Part shown: positions 9,261 through 19,457 of the stretch, in pieces
Position numbering within the stretch: position 1 is the first letter of the stretch
Layout: each line of letters starts with the position of its first letter
Source: Deltaproteobacteria bacterium
Lineage (GTDB): Bacteria; Desulfobacterota; GWC2-55-46
Assembly (NCBI GenBank): GCA_016234855.1
Contig: JACRNO010000009.1
Span: 33,651 to 97,650, forward strand
Reading direction: 5' to 3'
DNA: 64,000 bases
The notes under the pieces: model-generated
Database searches by the model: none
The model's input: the letters and a program-made list of their open reading frames with translations, nothing else
What the model was told of the DNA's origin: nothing
Made by a program: the position numbers and the translations under genes

Positions 9261-10103
9261 GTGTCTAACAGAGACGTTATAGCCCATTTGTTGAGGCGGC
9301 CGCTGGCCTGGGCCAGGAGGCTGGAGATGTTTGTGCCGCTGGGGTTGCGTCAGGCTGGTAAAGGCAAGACGTCACAAAAAGATGGAATCAAGGCAGAGCC
9401 GTCTCTGAAGACCAATCCGGGTTTTTGTCCGATATGTGAGAAAGAGACCGAGTTCGTAGAAAGACATGAATGGTTGCGAGACCATTATCTTTGCGCAAGA
9501 TGCAAGTCGATACCGAGAAATAGGGCGCTTATCCATGTGCTCGGCATGATATTTCCGGATTGGAGAGACGCGAAAATCCATGAATCGTCGCCGAGCGGCC
9601 CTGCTTCGGCCAAGCTTCAAAGAGAATGCAAAGATTACACGCCGCCGCATTTCTGGCCGAACGTTAAACCCGGTGATTCTAAATACGGCATACGCTGCGA
9701 GAACCTGGAGCAGATGACCTTTGCCGACAATACCTTTGACCTGATGATTACCCAGGACGTTATGGAGCATATCCTTAACCCCGTAAAGTCGTTCTCCGAT
9801 ATTGCAAGGATCTTGAAGCCTGGCGGCGCTCATGTCTTTACCGTGCCGTATTACTATTGGAAGCCTACCCTCATAAGGGCGGTTGAGACGCCTGACGGTA
9901 TAAAATATCTTGAAGAGAAGCAATTTCACGGAAATCCGGTGGACAAGGAAGGCTCGCTCGTCGTGACTGAATGGGGCCCGGATTTTGTGGACAGGATCTA
10001 CCGGGAGAGCAAGATGACGACAGCCATTTATCACATAAAAGACCGCAGCCTCGGCATTGACGGAAAGTTTCTTGAGGTTTTTGTGAGCAGGAAGCCGTTA
10101 TAA
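9261..10103 (+). CDS. Class I SAM-dependent methyltransferase with N-terminal CxxC...CxxC
   Basis: CPICE...CARCKSIPRNR, ENLEQMTFADNTFDLMITQDVMEH, RILKPGGAHVFTVP; GTG start after AGGAG. Confidence 0.8.
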   Translation: MSNRDVIAHLLRRPLAWARRLEMFVPLGLRQAGKGKTSQKDGIKAEPSLKTNPGFCPICEKETEFVERHEWLRDHYLCARCKSIPRNRALIHVLGMIFPDWRDAKIHESSPSGPASAKLQRECKDYTPPHFWPNVKPGDSKYGIRCENLEQMTFADNTFDLMITQDVMEHILNPVKSFSDIARILKPGGAHVFTVPYYYWKPTLIRAVETPDGIKYLEEKQFHGNPVDKEGSLVVTEWGPDFVDRIYRESKMTTAIYHIKDRSLGIDGKFLEVFVSRKPL

Positions 10104-10167
10104 CGCGGTTGCGGCGGATTTAGTATCTTGTCCAACGTTATGAGTAAGAAAAATCCCGGAGGCAGCT

Positions 10168-11063
10168 ATGAGAGGCGATTTTCAAAACATATTAGATGAG
10201 ATAAAGGCTGGGCATAAGGAAGGCTCGAACATTAAAGAGCTTTTTCACAAGACAAGCGATGAGTTCTGGTTTTGGGCTCATACTGAAGGCTATCGCAACA
10301 ATCAATGGCTCCGCGAGATTCTGCCCGGTCTGCCTGATGAGCAGCTTCAGAGCAATATACGGGGGCGAGCGGCGACAGGGCGCTCGAAAAGGCATTTGCC
10401 ATCTATTCTCTTTTTAAAAAGAATGCCATTGATATTCAGGGCGCTTTGCAAGACGGCGTGCTCGACTTTGGTTGCGGCTGGGGCAGGATACTCAGGTTTT
10501 GGCTGAAGGATTTTGAGGCTGATCATGTGTGGGGCGTAGACGTTCAGAAAGAGGCCGTAGATATATGTGAGGGTTTGGCGTTCCCTTGTAACCTTAAACA
10601 AATTCCGTCAGGCCCGCCAGTTGACCTGCCGGCTGATAAATTTGGCCTGATATATGCGTTTTCAGTTTTTTCACATCTTTCGCCTGAAGCGGCGGACGCG
10701 TGGGTAGCGGAATTCCATCGTATTCTAAAGCCTGGCGGAACAGCTATGCTCTCGACGCGTCCACGTTCTTTTATCGAGATGGTAGGAAATGCAAGGAAGA
10801 TGAACCCTGCGCCGGAATGGACAAAACGCATTGTTCATCACTTCCAGGATGAAAACAAATGGCTTTCCCGTTACAATGCAGGAGAGTTCTGTTTTGAGCC
10901 GGTTGGTTTAGGCGGAGACCCCAGCAAGTCATTCTACGGTGAAGCCGTCATTCCAAAGGATTACGTTGTCAAGCATTGGGCAGGGAGTAAATTCCGGCTT
11001 TGCGCATTTCTTGCCGGAGACCGGCTTGTAGAACAAAACATAATTATACTCCAAAAAAAATAG
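10168..11063 (+). pseudogene. Class I SAM methyltransferase split by a 1-nt deletion near 10354-10365
   Basis: Frame 1 ...LPGLPDEQLQSN continues sensibly in frame 3 (YT)GASGDRALEKAFAIYSLFKK...VLDFGCGWGRILRF...YAFSVFSHL...RILKPGG; frame 3 has a TGA at 10338 so it cannot extend to the 10168 start. Confidence 0.8.
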
Positions 11064-11079
11064 GGCTTCGGGGGTAATA

Positions 11080-12093
11080 ATGGACACACCGCTTCACGGA
11101 CAAGAAGAAAAACCAGATCGCCATATCGACGGGCCCATAATCGTATACCAGATGGGCAAGGTCGGTTCGAGGAGCGTATTCGAGACGCTTGAGAAACTGA
11201 ACCTCGGCATTCCCGTTTATCATTGTCATGTTCTGCATGACCTGGATAAGATAGCGGAACAGCTAAAAAAGCAATTTGATAACCCGTTTGATTCATTGGC
11301 GGTAGTAAGACAAGGCAAAGACTTGAGGAAATTGATAGATGAGGCCCCTGCCAAGCCCTGGCATGTGGTATCTCTCGTCCGTGACCCGATTGCGCAGACC
11401 ATATCGAGGTTTTTTCAGAGCATAGAGGAGGTTATCCCGAATGCCGGACGAAGATTCAAGGACGGCGCGCTTAACGTGGAGGACCTTTTCAGCGCCTTTG
11501 AGAAAAAGTGGATTCTCAATGACCCGGCCCTTATCTGGTTTGACAATCAGTTCAAGCCTGTCTTTGATATAGATGTATACGAGAGACCGTTCCCGTGCGC
11601 AAAAGGCTATGACATATTCAGGAAAGGCCGTTTTTCTTTGTTGTTATTCAGGCTTGAAGACCTCGACGGGTGCGCGCCGCAGGCCTTTGAGGAGTTTTTC
11701 GGCTTGGCGGACTTCAAGTTGATGAAGGCAAACGAGGCGGCCAATAAATGGTACCAGGGGCTGTATAAGGAATTCATCTCGAAGATAGACCTGTCGAAAG
11801 ATTATCTGGACAAGGTATATGGCTCCAAGTTCAGCAGGCATTTTTATACAAAGCTGGAGATCAACGCTTTCCGGGCAAAGTGGACGCGCAAGCCGGCGGT
11901 TGGCGCATCTTCAGCAGGCGTTAACAAGGCTGCGGATTTGAAGAGCGGGGGACTGGAAAGGAAGGACTCTGAGATTGCAGGATTAAGGAAGATGATAGAT
12001 GCGAAGGAGCGCGAGATAGCCGCGTTGCGCAACAGCTTGAGCTGGAAGGTCACGGCTCCGCTGAGGGCCGTCGGGGGGATATTCATGAAGTGA
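11080..12093 (+). CDS. NKWYS-type putative capsular polysaccharide synthesis protein (sulfotransferase-like) with short coiled coil and SxSWKVTAPLR tail
   Basis: YQMGKVGSRS, SLVRDPIAQTISRFFQ, ANEAANKWYQGLY, YGSKFSRHFYT; tail LRNSLSWKVTAPLRAVGG. Confidence 0.72.
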   Translation: MDTPLHGQEEKPDRHIDGPIIVYQMGKVGSRSVFETLEKLNLGIPVYHCHVLHDLDKIAEQLKKQFDNPFDSLAVVRQGKDLRKLIDEAPAKPWHVVSLVRDPIAQTISRFFQSIEEVIPNAGRRFKDGALNVEDLFSAFEKKWILNDPALIWFDNQFKPVFDIDVYERPFPCAKGYDIFRKGRFSLLLFRLEDLDGCAPQAFEEFFGLADFKLMKANEAANKWYQGLYKEFISKIDLSKDYLDKVYGSKFSRHFYTKLEINAFRAKWTRKPAVGASSAGVNKAADLKSGGLERKDSEIAGLRKMIDAKEREIAALRNSLSWKVTAPLRAVGGIFMK

Positions 12094-12229
12094 AAGCGGC
12101 GCTAGTCTCCGGACTTCTTTCGCACCCGGTCTCGTTTGAGATAGATTTGAGAGAATGGATCTTTTGTGGCGCGTGAAGGAGTCGCAGTCCAACCAACCCG
12201 AAGGCGCATTTTTTTGGCGCAAAGCCTTT

Positions 12230-13135
12230 ATGTCCACTTCAACATACATTATCGTCCTTAACTGGAACGGTGTAGATGACACCATTGAGTGCATACAATC
12301 CCTAAAAAAGATGACGTATCGGGATTATGCGATTCTCCTCGTCGATAACGCTTCGACGGACGGCTCGGTCGCTGTTTTAAGCAAAAAGTTCCCGGAAATA
12401 AAGATTATCGAGGCCCATAAAAATCTCGGGTTTGCGGGAGGCGCCAATCTTGGCATGAGGCACGCCTTGAGCGCGGGCGCGCAATATCTCATACTCCTGA
12501 ATAACGATACGGTCGTTGCCCCTGATTTTGCCGGTGAACTCGTGAAAGCCGCTGAGAACGATAAAAAAGCGGGAATACTCTCTTCCAAGGTATATTTTTA
12601 TGACAGGCCGGGCGTGCTCTGGTATGCCGGAGCAAGTTTTAACAGGTGGCTTGGATGGGGCAGGCACAGGGGTTTTGGTTCAATGGATATCGGACAATTT
12701 GACAGGCTTGAACCGACCGGCCGGCCTTGCGGCTGTGCGCTATTGGCAACAAGGGAATTCTGCGAGAAGGCCGGACTTCTTGAAGAGGAATACTTTTGTT
12801 ACTGCGAGGATATGGAGTGGGGGATGAGGGCAGGGAATCTTGGGTATGCGACGCTCTTTGTTCCATCTTCAAAGGTATGGCATAAGGTCTCAAGGTCGAC
12901 AGGCGGCCCTGCAACCGCAAAGGCGCTCTATTATTCCGTGAGAAATACCTTAAAGTGTCTTGATACTGACGCTCCGCTGCCGTTTGGCCTGCGTCATATC
13001 AGGATATTGCTTGTGTTGGTAATTAGCATTTTAAGTCTTTTTACGATGAATATCCCGAAGGTCCTGGGGCTTAAACGAATTTTTCATGGCGTCATGGATT
13101 ATTTAGAAGGTAAGTTTGGCGAACTCGTAGAATAA
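12230..13135 (+). CDS. GT2 glycosyltransferase (rhamnosyltransferase-like)
   Basis: IIVLNWNG, LVDNASTDGS, NLGFAGGANLG, LLNNDT, YCEDMEWGMR, VWHKVSRS; start chosen at MSTSTY. Confidence 0.88.
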   Translation: MSTSTYIIVLNWNGVDDTIECIQSLKKMTYRDYAILLVDNASTDGSVAVLSKKFPEIKIIEAHKNLGFAGGANLGMRHALSAGAQYLILLNNDTVVAPDFAGELVKAAENDKKAGILSSKVYFYDRPGVLWYAGASFNRWLGWGRHRGFGSMDIGQFDRLEPTGRPCGCALLATREFCEKAGLLEEEYFCYCEDMEWGMRAGNLGYATLFVPSSKVWHKVSRSTGGPATAKALYYSVRNTLKCLDTDAPLPFGLRHIRILLVLVISILSLFTMNIPKVLGLKRIFHGVMDYLEGKFGELVE

Positions 13136-13150
13136 TTGAATCTCTGCTCA

Positions 13151-13281
13151 ATGAAGATACTTGTGGCGGGGCCGGGTTTATCGGCGCGCACGTCTGCAAG
13201 GCGCTTGCCGCGCGGGGTTACGAGCCTGTGGTCTTCGATAACCTTGTTTTCGGTCCCGCTTGTGTGCAGGCGTTCTTATGA
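13151..13281 (+). pseudogene. galE: Frameshifted, truncated 5' remnant of UDP-glucose 4-epimerase
   Basis: ATG AAG ATA CTT GTG then shifted frame GAGFIGAHVCKALAARGYEPVVFDNL, stop at 13279-13281; matches the GalE N-terminus. Confidence 0.75.
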
Positions 13282-13336
13282 AACGAGTTGCGCTTTTTCC
13301 GGCGTTGCGGCATATATGCGGGCCGTAAAAGTTTAA

Positions 13337-14338
<1,002 letters not shown>

Positions 14339-14436
14339 ACGGCAGGAAGCTGGCGGAAAGTGTTTGAACGCGCCTTCTGAGAAAGAGAGGCTCTAACCAA
14401 TGAGTCATATAAATTGTTCGATAGAAGGATAGCGTC

Positions 14437-15390
14437 TTGCGAAAGGTCCTGATTACAGGCATAGCCGGTTTTGTGGGCTCGCATCTCGCCGAGCGCCTTT
14501 CAGGCTCGTTTGAGGTCTGGGGCACGCACATAGACGAGAACAACGGCAACCTCGACGGCATAGGAGGGCTCAACCTGATACGTTGCGACCTGCTTGACGC
14601 TAAGGCGGTAACCGAGGCCGTCTCCCGCGTCAGGCCCGCGGCAATCGTCCATCTCGCCGCCCTTTCCACGCCCGCGTATTCGTTTGAAAACCCGGCTGAG
14701 ACGCTCAGGAACAATATCTTCTCCACGCTCAATATATTCGAGGCAACGGCAAAGGCCTGCCATGAGGCCGTGATACTCAATATCGGTTCCGGCGACGAGT
14801 ACGGAGACGTGCGCGAGGCAGACCTGCCGCTCAAGGAGACGGCGCAGTTGAGGCCGTTGAACCCTTATTCCGTAAGCAAGGTCACGACAGACCTGCTTGG
14901 CTTCCAGTACTGGAAGAGCAAGGGGCTTAATATCGTCCGCTGCCGCCCGTTCAACCACATCGGGCCGCGCCAGGCCCCGCACTTCGTGGCCCCTGCCTTT
15001 GCAAGGCAGATAGCAGAGTGCGAGGCGGGTCTCAAGGATGAGAAGATCATAACGGTCGGCAATCTCGAGTCTTCCAAGGACTTTCTCGACGTCAGGGACG
15101 TTACGTCCGCCTATGAGCTCTTGATTGAGAAGGGCGAGTATGGCGAGGTCTATAATATCTGCTCCGGCCGGGTCGTAAAGATACGCTGGATGCTCGAGAC
15201 CCTGCTCTCGTTCTCAAGCGAGAGCATAGAGGTCGTGGAGGATGCGGCAAAGATGCGTCCCACGGATTCGCTTGCCATATACGGCGACGCATCTAAACTT
15301 CGCGCCCTGGGCTGGGAGCCGCATTATCCGCTTAGTGAGGGGCTCAGGGCGCTGCTGGATTTCTGGAGGCTGAAGACTCGGCAGATATGA
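14437..15390 (+). CDS. rmd: GDP-4-dehydro-6-deoxy-D-mannose reductase (GDP-D-rhamnose synthesis)
   Basis: VLITGIAGFVGSHL, IGSGDEYG, PLNPYSVSK, RPFNHIGPRQ...FARQIAECEAG, GNLESSKDFLDVRDV; adjacent to gmd. Confidence 0.85.
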   Translation: MRKVLITGIAGFVGSHLAERLSGSFEVWGTHIDENNGNLDGIGGLNLIRCDLLDAKAVTEAVSRVRPAAIVHLAALSTPAYSFENPAETLRNNIFSTLNIFEATAKACHEAVILNIGSGDEYGDVREADLPLKETAQLRPLNPYSVSKVTTDLLGFQYWKSKGLNIVRCRPFNHIGPRQAPHFVAPAFARQIAECEAGLKDEKIITVGNLESSKDFLDVRDVTSAYELLIEKGEYGEVYNICSGRVVKIRWMLETLLSFSSESIEVVEDAAKMRPTDSLAIYGDASKLRALGWEPHYPLSEGLRALLDFWRLKTRQI

Positions 15391-15476
15391 GTTATCACTT
15401 GTCCGTTATCGGCAATCAGCAAAGGTTTTCATCTTAATGTTTTCGTTCACCGATAACCTAGTTAAGCCTGCGGGGA

Positions 15477-16619
15477 GTGGTCTTGAGGATAGGCATAAAC
15501 GCGTTGTACCTTATCCCTGGTAAGGTGGGCGGGAGCGAGACGTATATAAGGAACCTCGCGCGGGGCCTTGCGCAGGCAGGCTCAGGCCATGAATTCTTCA
15601 TCTTCATAAACAAGGAGAGCGCCGGGGTCTTTGAGACGGAGGCGCCCGGCATGCAGGTGGTGCAATGTAACGTGGCCGCCGCATCAAGGCCGGCAAGGAT
15701 CATCTGGGAGCAGTTCGTCCTCCCGTTGCAGTTACGGCGTCTCAAAATAGATGTCCTTCTTTCAGCCGGCATGACCACGCCGTTTGTCAGCGGCGTGCCG
15801 TCCGTGGTTGTCATATACGACCTTCAGCACAGGGCGTTGCCGCATAATTTCGCGTGGTGGTACCTCCAGTTTCTCCGCTCAATCATCTACCTCAGCGCAA
15901 AGAGCGCCGACAGCGTTATAACCATATCCAATAAATCCAGGGACGAAATCTCGCATCTGTATGATATCGCGCCGGAGCGCATAGCCGTGACCCATCTTGC
16001 GGCTGACGAAAGGCTTTTTTACAGGAGGTCTGCATCCGAGGTCGCGGCCGCGCGGCAAAGATACGGCCTGCCCGAGCGTTTCATATTGTATGCGGCCTCA
16101 AGCCTGCCGCACAAGAACTATGAGCGGCTGCTTGCGGCCTTTAAGAGAGTATCTGTTGAGGATAGGGGCGTGACGCTACTTCTTGCCGGCGCAAGGTCAT
16201 ACGGCATGGAGGCGATAGAGGAGGGCATACGCAGGCTCGGTCTCTCGGACAGGGTTGTTTTTTCCGGATGGCTGCCGCATGAAGACCTTCCTGCTGTTTA
16301 CTCAGCGTCTGAGCTTCTGGTCTTTCCGTCGCTTTATGAAGGCTTCGGCATGCCGGTGCTTGAGGCGTTCGCATGCGGGGTTCCGGTGGTCTGCTCGAAT
16401 ATCGCGCCGTTGACCGAGGTCGCCTCGGACGCCGCCGTCTACGTCGACCCGCTTGACGAGGCGGATATCGCAAAGGGAATTTTATCGGTTTTGAGCTACG
16501 CAGGGCTTAGAGACAGGCTCATCAGGGACGGCCTCCGGCGCGTTGCGGCGTTCAGTTGGGCCAAGACCGCGGCTCAGACGCTTGAGGTCCTTGAAAGGCA
16601 TGCGGGGGCGCGATTATGA
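15477..16619 (+). CDS. GT4 glycosyltransferase (MtfB/WbpY-like)
   Basis: GGSETY, PHKNYERL, FPSLYEGFGMPVLEAFACGVPVVCSN. Confidence 0.9.
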   Translation: MVLRIGINALYLIPGKVGGSETYIRNLARGLAQAGSGHEFFIFINKESAGVFETEAPGMQVVQCNVAAASRPARIIWEQFVLPLQLRRLKIDVLLSAGMTTPFVSGVPSVVVIYDLQHRALPHNFAWWYLQFLRSIIYLSAKSADSVITISNKSRDEISHLYDIAPERIAVTHLAADERLFYRRSASEVAAARQRYGLPERFILYAASSLPHKNYERLLAAFKRVSVEDRGVTLLLAGARSYGMEAIEEGIRRLGLSDRVVFSGWLPHEDLPAVYSASELLVFPSLYEGFGMPVLEAFACGVPVVCSNIAPLTEVASDAAVYVDPLDEADIAKGILSVLSYAGLRDRLIRDGLRRVAAFSWAKTAAQTLEVLERHAGARL

Positions 16620-17407
16620 GTATGCCCCGCATCTCCGTCATAACGCCTTCCTTTAATCAGGGCAGGTTCATAGAGCGGACTATCGAGAGCGTCCTCGGGC
16701 AGGGCTATCCGAACCTTGAGTATATCGTCGTAGACGGCGGCTCTACGGACGAGACCGTCTCGATATTGCGGCGTTATGAACCCAGGCTCGCTTGGACTTC
16801 CGAAAAGGACAAGGGCCAGTCCGACGCAATAAACAAGGGCATCAGCCGGGCTACCGGAGAGATTGTCGCATATATAAACTCGGACGACGTCTATGAGCCG
16901 GGCGCGCTCGAGCGCGTGGCCGCGTACTTTACGGCCAACCCGTCGGTGATGTGGCTTACCGGACGCTGCCGCATCATAGACGAGGAAGACCGCGAGATGC
17001 GCGGCGTTATAACCGCGTACAAGAATTTCTTGTTAGACCGTTATAGTTATAATATACTTCTGGTGACTAATTGTATCTCTCAGCCTGCGACATTTATGCG
17101 GGCCGGGCTCTTTAAAGAGTATGGTTTATTCGACGTAAATCAGCACCGCGTTATGGATTACGAATATTGGCTCCGTATCGGCGCCCGGCACGAACCGGGC
17201 ATATTGAAAGAGTATCTGGCGGCCTTTCGCGTCTACCGCGCCTCCAAGACATCGAGCGCGTTTAAAGACACGTTCAAAGAGGAGTTGGAAGTCGCGAGAA
17301 TATATTCTCATTCGTGTCTCTTAAACGGACTTCACCGGTTGAGTAATATCGGCATCTGCGCCGCATATACGGCGCTCTCTCTGACCACGGGACGCCGAAC
17401 GAAATGA
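16616..17407 (+). CDS. GT2 glycosyltransferase (WfgS/WcaE-like)
   Basis: ISVITPSFNQGRFIERTIESV, VVDGGSTD, GQSDAINKG, YINSDD, MDYEYWLR. Confidence 0.9.
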   Translation: MSMPRISVITPSFNQGRFIERTIESVLGQGYPNLEYIVVDGGSTDETVSILRRYEPRLAWTSEKDKGQSDAINKGISRATGEIVAYINSDDVYEPGALERVAAYFTANPSVMWLTGRCRIIDEEDREMRGVITAYKNFLLDRYSYNILLVTNCISQPATFMRAGLFKEYGLFDVNQHRVMDYEYWLRIGARHEPGILKEYLAAFRVYRASKTSSAFKDTFKEELEVARIYSHSCLLNGLHRLSNIGICAAYTALSLTTGRRTK

Positions 17408-18873
17408 CGGAGGTCATTCGCGCAATGCAGAAGAGAGCAAGCAGGAAGAGGGCGGACGCCGCCCCTGTCTTTTACGCGGCGATACTTTCCGGCGGCATAG
17501 GCAGCAGGTTCTGGCCCCTGTCAAGGGAGTCGACCCCGAAGCAGATATTGAAGGTCGTTGGCGACGAGAGTCTTCTGAAATCCACCATAAGCAGGCTCCA
17601 TCCGCTCATACCGCACGAGCGGGTCATGATAGTAACTAACTCGCGCCAGGCCGAACTGATAAGGCTTCATCTGTCGTACGAAGGCAGCGCGGTCAAGCCC
17701 GGGTACATAGTCGAGCCGGTTGGCAAGAACACGGCCCCGGCCATAGGGCTTGCGGCCCTGCGCCTTTCTCAGAGCGACCCGGACGCGGTCATGGCGGTGC
17801 TTCCGGCCGACCATATCATAGGAGAATCCAAGCCCTTCCGCGACGCGATGAAGGCCGCGTATACGGCCGCGCTTGACGGGCACCTTGTCACCTTCGGTGT
17901 CGTGCCGACTTCTCCTGAGACGGGTTATGGTTATATAAAGTCGAAGAAGTCCGTCGTCAGGAATATCGACGGCTATGCCATCCGTCCCGTAGAGCGTTTC
18001 GTGGAGAAGCCCGATATAAAGACGGCGCGCCGGTTCCTGGCCGCAGGCGGCTACTTCTGGAACAGCGGCATCTTTGTTTGGAAGGTCTCCAGGATACTCG
18101 AGGAGATAGAAACGCACCTGCCCGGCATATACCGCGGCCTTATGGAGATAAAAGACGGCGCGGATATCGGCGCTGCATATCAGCAGATGCAGTCGATATC
18201 CATCGACCACGGCATACTTGAGAAGGCCTCGGACGTCGTCGTCATACCGGCGGATTTTCCATGGTCGGACATGGGGAGCTGGTCGTCTTTCGCGGACATC
18301 ATCAAGCCGGATGAGAACGGCAACGTCGTAAAAGGGCGCGTCGTGGATATCGGAAGCTCCAACTCCATCATCATGGGGTGCGACCGCGCCGTGGCCACCA
18401 TCGGTCTCAAGGACTTCATCCTCGTCGATACCCCCGATGCCACCCTCGTGTGTCCTAAGGAGAGGGCGCAGGAGGTGAAAGACCTCGTAGGGCTCCTCAA
18501 GAAGAAGGGCTATACGGAGCACGAGGAGCACAGGACCGTCGAGAGGCCATGGGGCTCTTATACGCTGCTTGAGAAGGGCGACGGCTATAAGATCAAGAAG
18601 ATAAGCGTCCATCCCAAGAGGCGGCTTTCCCTGCAGACGCATAAAAAGCGCAGCGAGCATTGGGTCGTCATAGCGGGTCTTGCCCGCATACAGAGGGGAG
18701 AGGAGATTGTCGAGATAGGCGTGAACCAATCCACCTACATCCCGCGCGGGGTAAAGCACAGGCTGGAGAACCCGGGCATTGCCCCGCTTGAGATTATAGA
18801 GGTTCAAAGCGGCGAATACGTGGAAGAGGACGATATCGTGCGCCACGAGGACGATTTTGAGCGCGGCGCCTGA
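17404..18873 (+). CDS. manC: Mannose-1-phosphate guanylyltransferase / mannose-6-phosphate isomerase
   Basis: ILSGGIGSRFWPLSR...PKQ, EPVGKNTAPAI, LPADH, ETGYGYI, FVEKP, WSDMGSW, cupin RPWG...HKKRSEHWVV. Confidence 0.95.
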   Translation: MTEVIRAMQKRASRKRADAAPVFYAAILSGGIGSRFWPLSRESTPKQILKVVGDESLLKSTISRLHPLIPHERVMIVTNSRQAELIRLHLSYEGSAVKPGYIVEPVGKNTAPAIGLAALRLSQSDPDAVMAVLPADHIIGESKPFRDAMKAAYTAALDGHLVTFGVVPTSPETGYGYIKSKKSVVRNIDGYAIRPVERFVEKPDIKTARRFLAAGGYFWNSGIFVWKVSRILEEIETHLPGIYRGLMEIKDGADIGAAYQQMQSISIDHGILEKASDVVVIPADFPWSDMGSWSSFADIIKPDENGNVVKGRVVDIGSSNSIIMGCDRAVATIGLKDFILVDTPDATLVCPKERAQEVKDLVGLLKKKGYTEHEEHRTVERPWGSYTLLEKGDGYKIKKISVHPKRRLSLQTHKKRSEHWVVIAGLARIQRGEEIVEIGVNQSTYIPRGVKHRLENPGIAPLEIIEVQSGEYVEEDDIVRHEDDFERGA

Positions 18874-18896
18874 CAAGGTAAAGAGCGAGGTGAGTT

Positions 18897-19337
18897 ATGG
18901 GAATTTTATCACGGCTTAAAGTCGTCATTGTCCTTGCGTTCGCGGTATCCGGGTTGTTTGTCGCAACTGGCGGCGCGGCCCGCGCTGCCGAGGGCGCCGA
19001 ATGGCGGTTCTATCACAACAGCGGCGATAACTCCATGCTCTACTATGACATGGAGAGCGTCACGGCCCCGTCCAGGGGCACGGCCGACGTCTGGACAAAA
19101 CTCGAGGTGAGGGGCAAGGTCTACTCGCTCGCCCTCTATGAGATAAGCTGCGTCGACAGGAGGCTCCGCACCCTAATCAAGTACGGCTATGACAACGCGA
19201 GCAAGTCCATCATACCTCTTCCGAATTCGGACGAGACCTATCCGACGCGCTGGATGTATATTGTGCCGGAGACCTCGGAGGCCAAACTGGTCAAGTTCAT
19301 CTGTCCGCTGGCCAAGGAGAAGGAGACGGCGAACTGA
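18897..19337 (+). CDS. Secreted surface-adhesin E-like protein
   Basis: Signal peptide; YYDMESV...DVWTK...YEISC..R..R...W..IVPETSEAKL..FIC pattern. Confidence 0.6.
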   Translation: MGILSRLKVVIVLAFAVSGLFVATGGAARAAEGAEWRFYHNSGDNSMLYYDMESVTAPSRGTADVWTKLEVRGKVYSLALYEISCVDRRLRTLIKYGYDNASKSIIPLPNSDETYPTRWMYIVPETSEAKLVKFICPLAKEKETAN

Positions 19338-19457
19338 TTGATGTTTGTCTTTGCGGCAAGTGGATTTGTCTTGCAGGACGGGGGCGGCGGTTACGATATG
19401 CTGCGTAATGACTGCGGTTTCAAATCAATACAGAATTTCTTGTAGAGGTAATCGCAT

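Noticed and set aside
17521-18876. 451-aa ORF antisense to manC (likewise 27203-28444, 35983-37314, 45207-46415 and similar)
   Set aside because: Antisense shadows of conserved genes with no motif support
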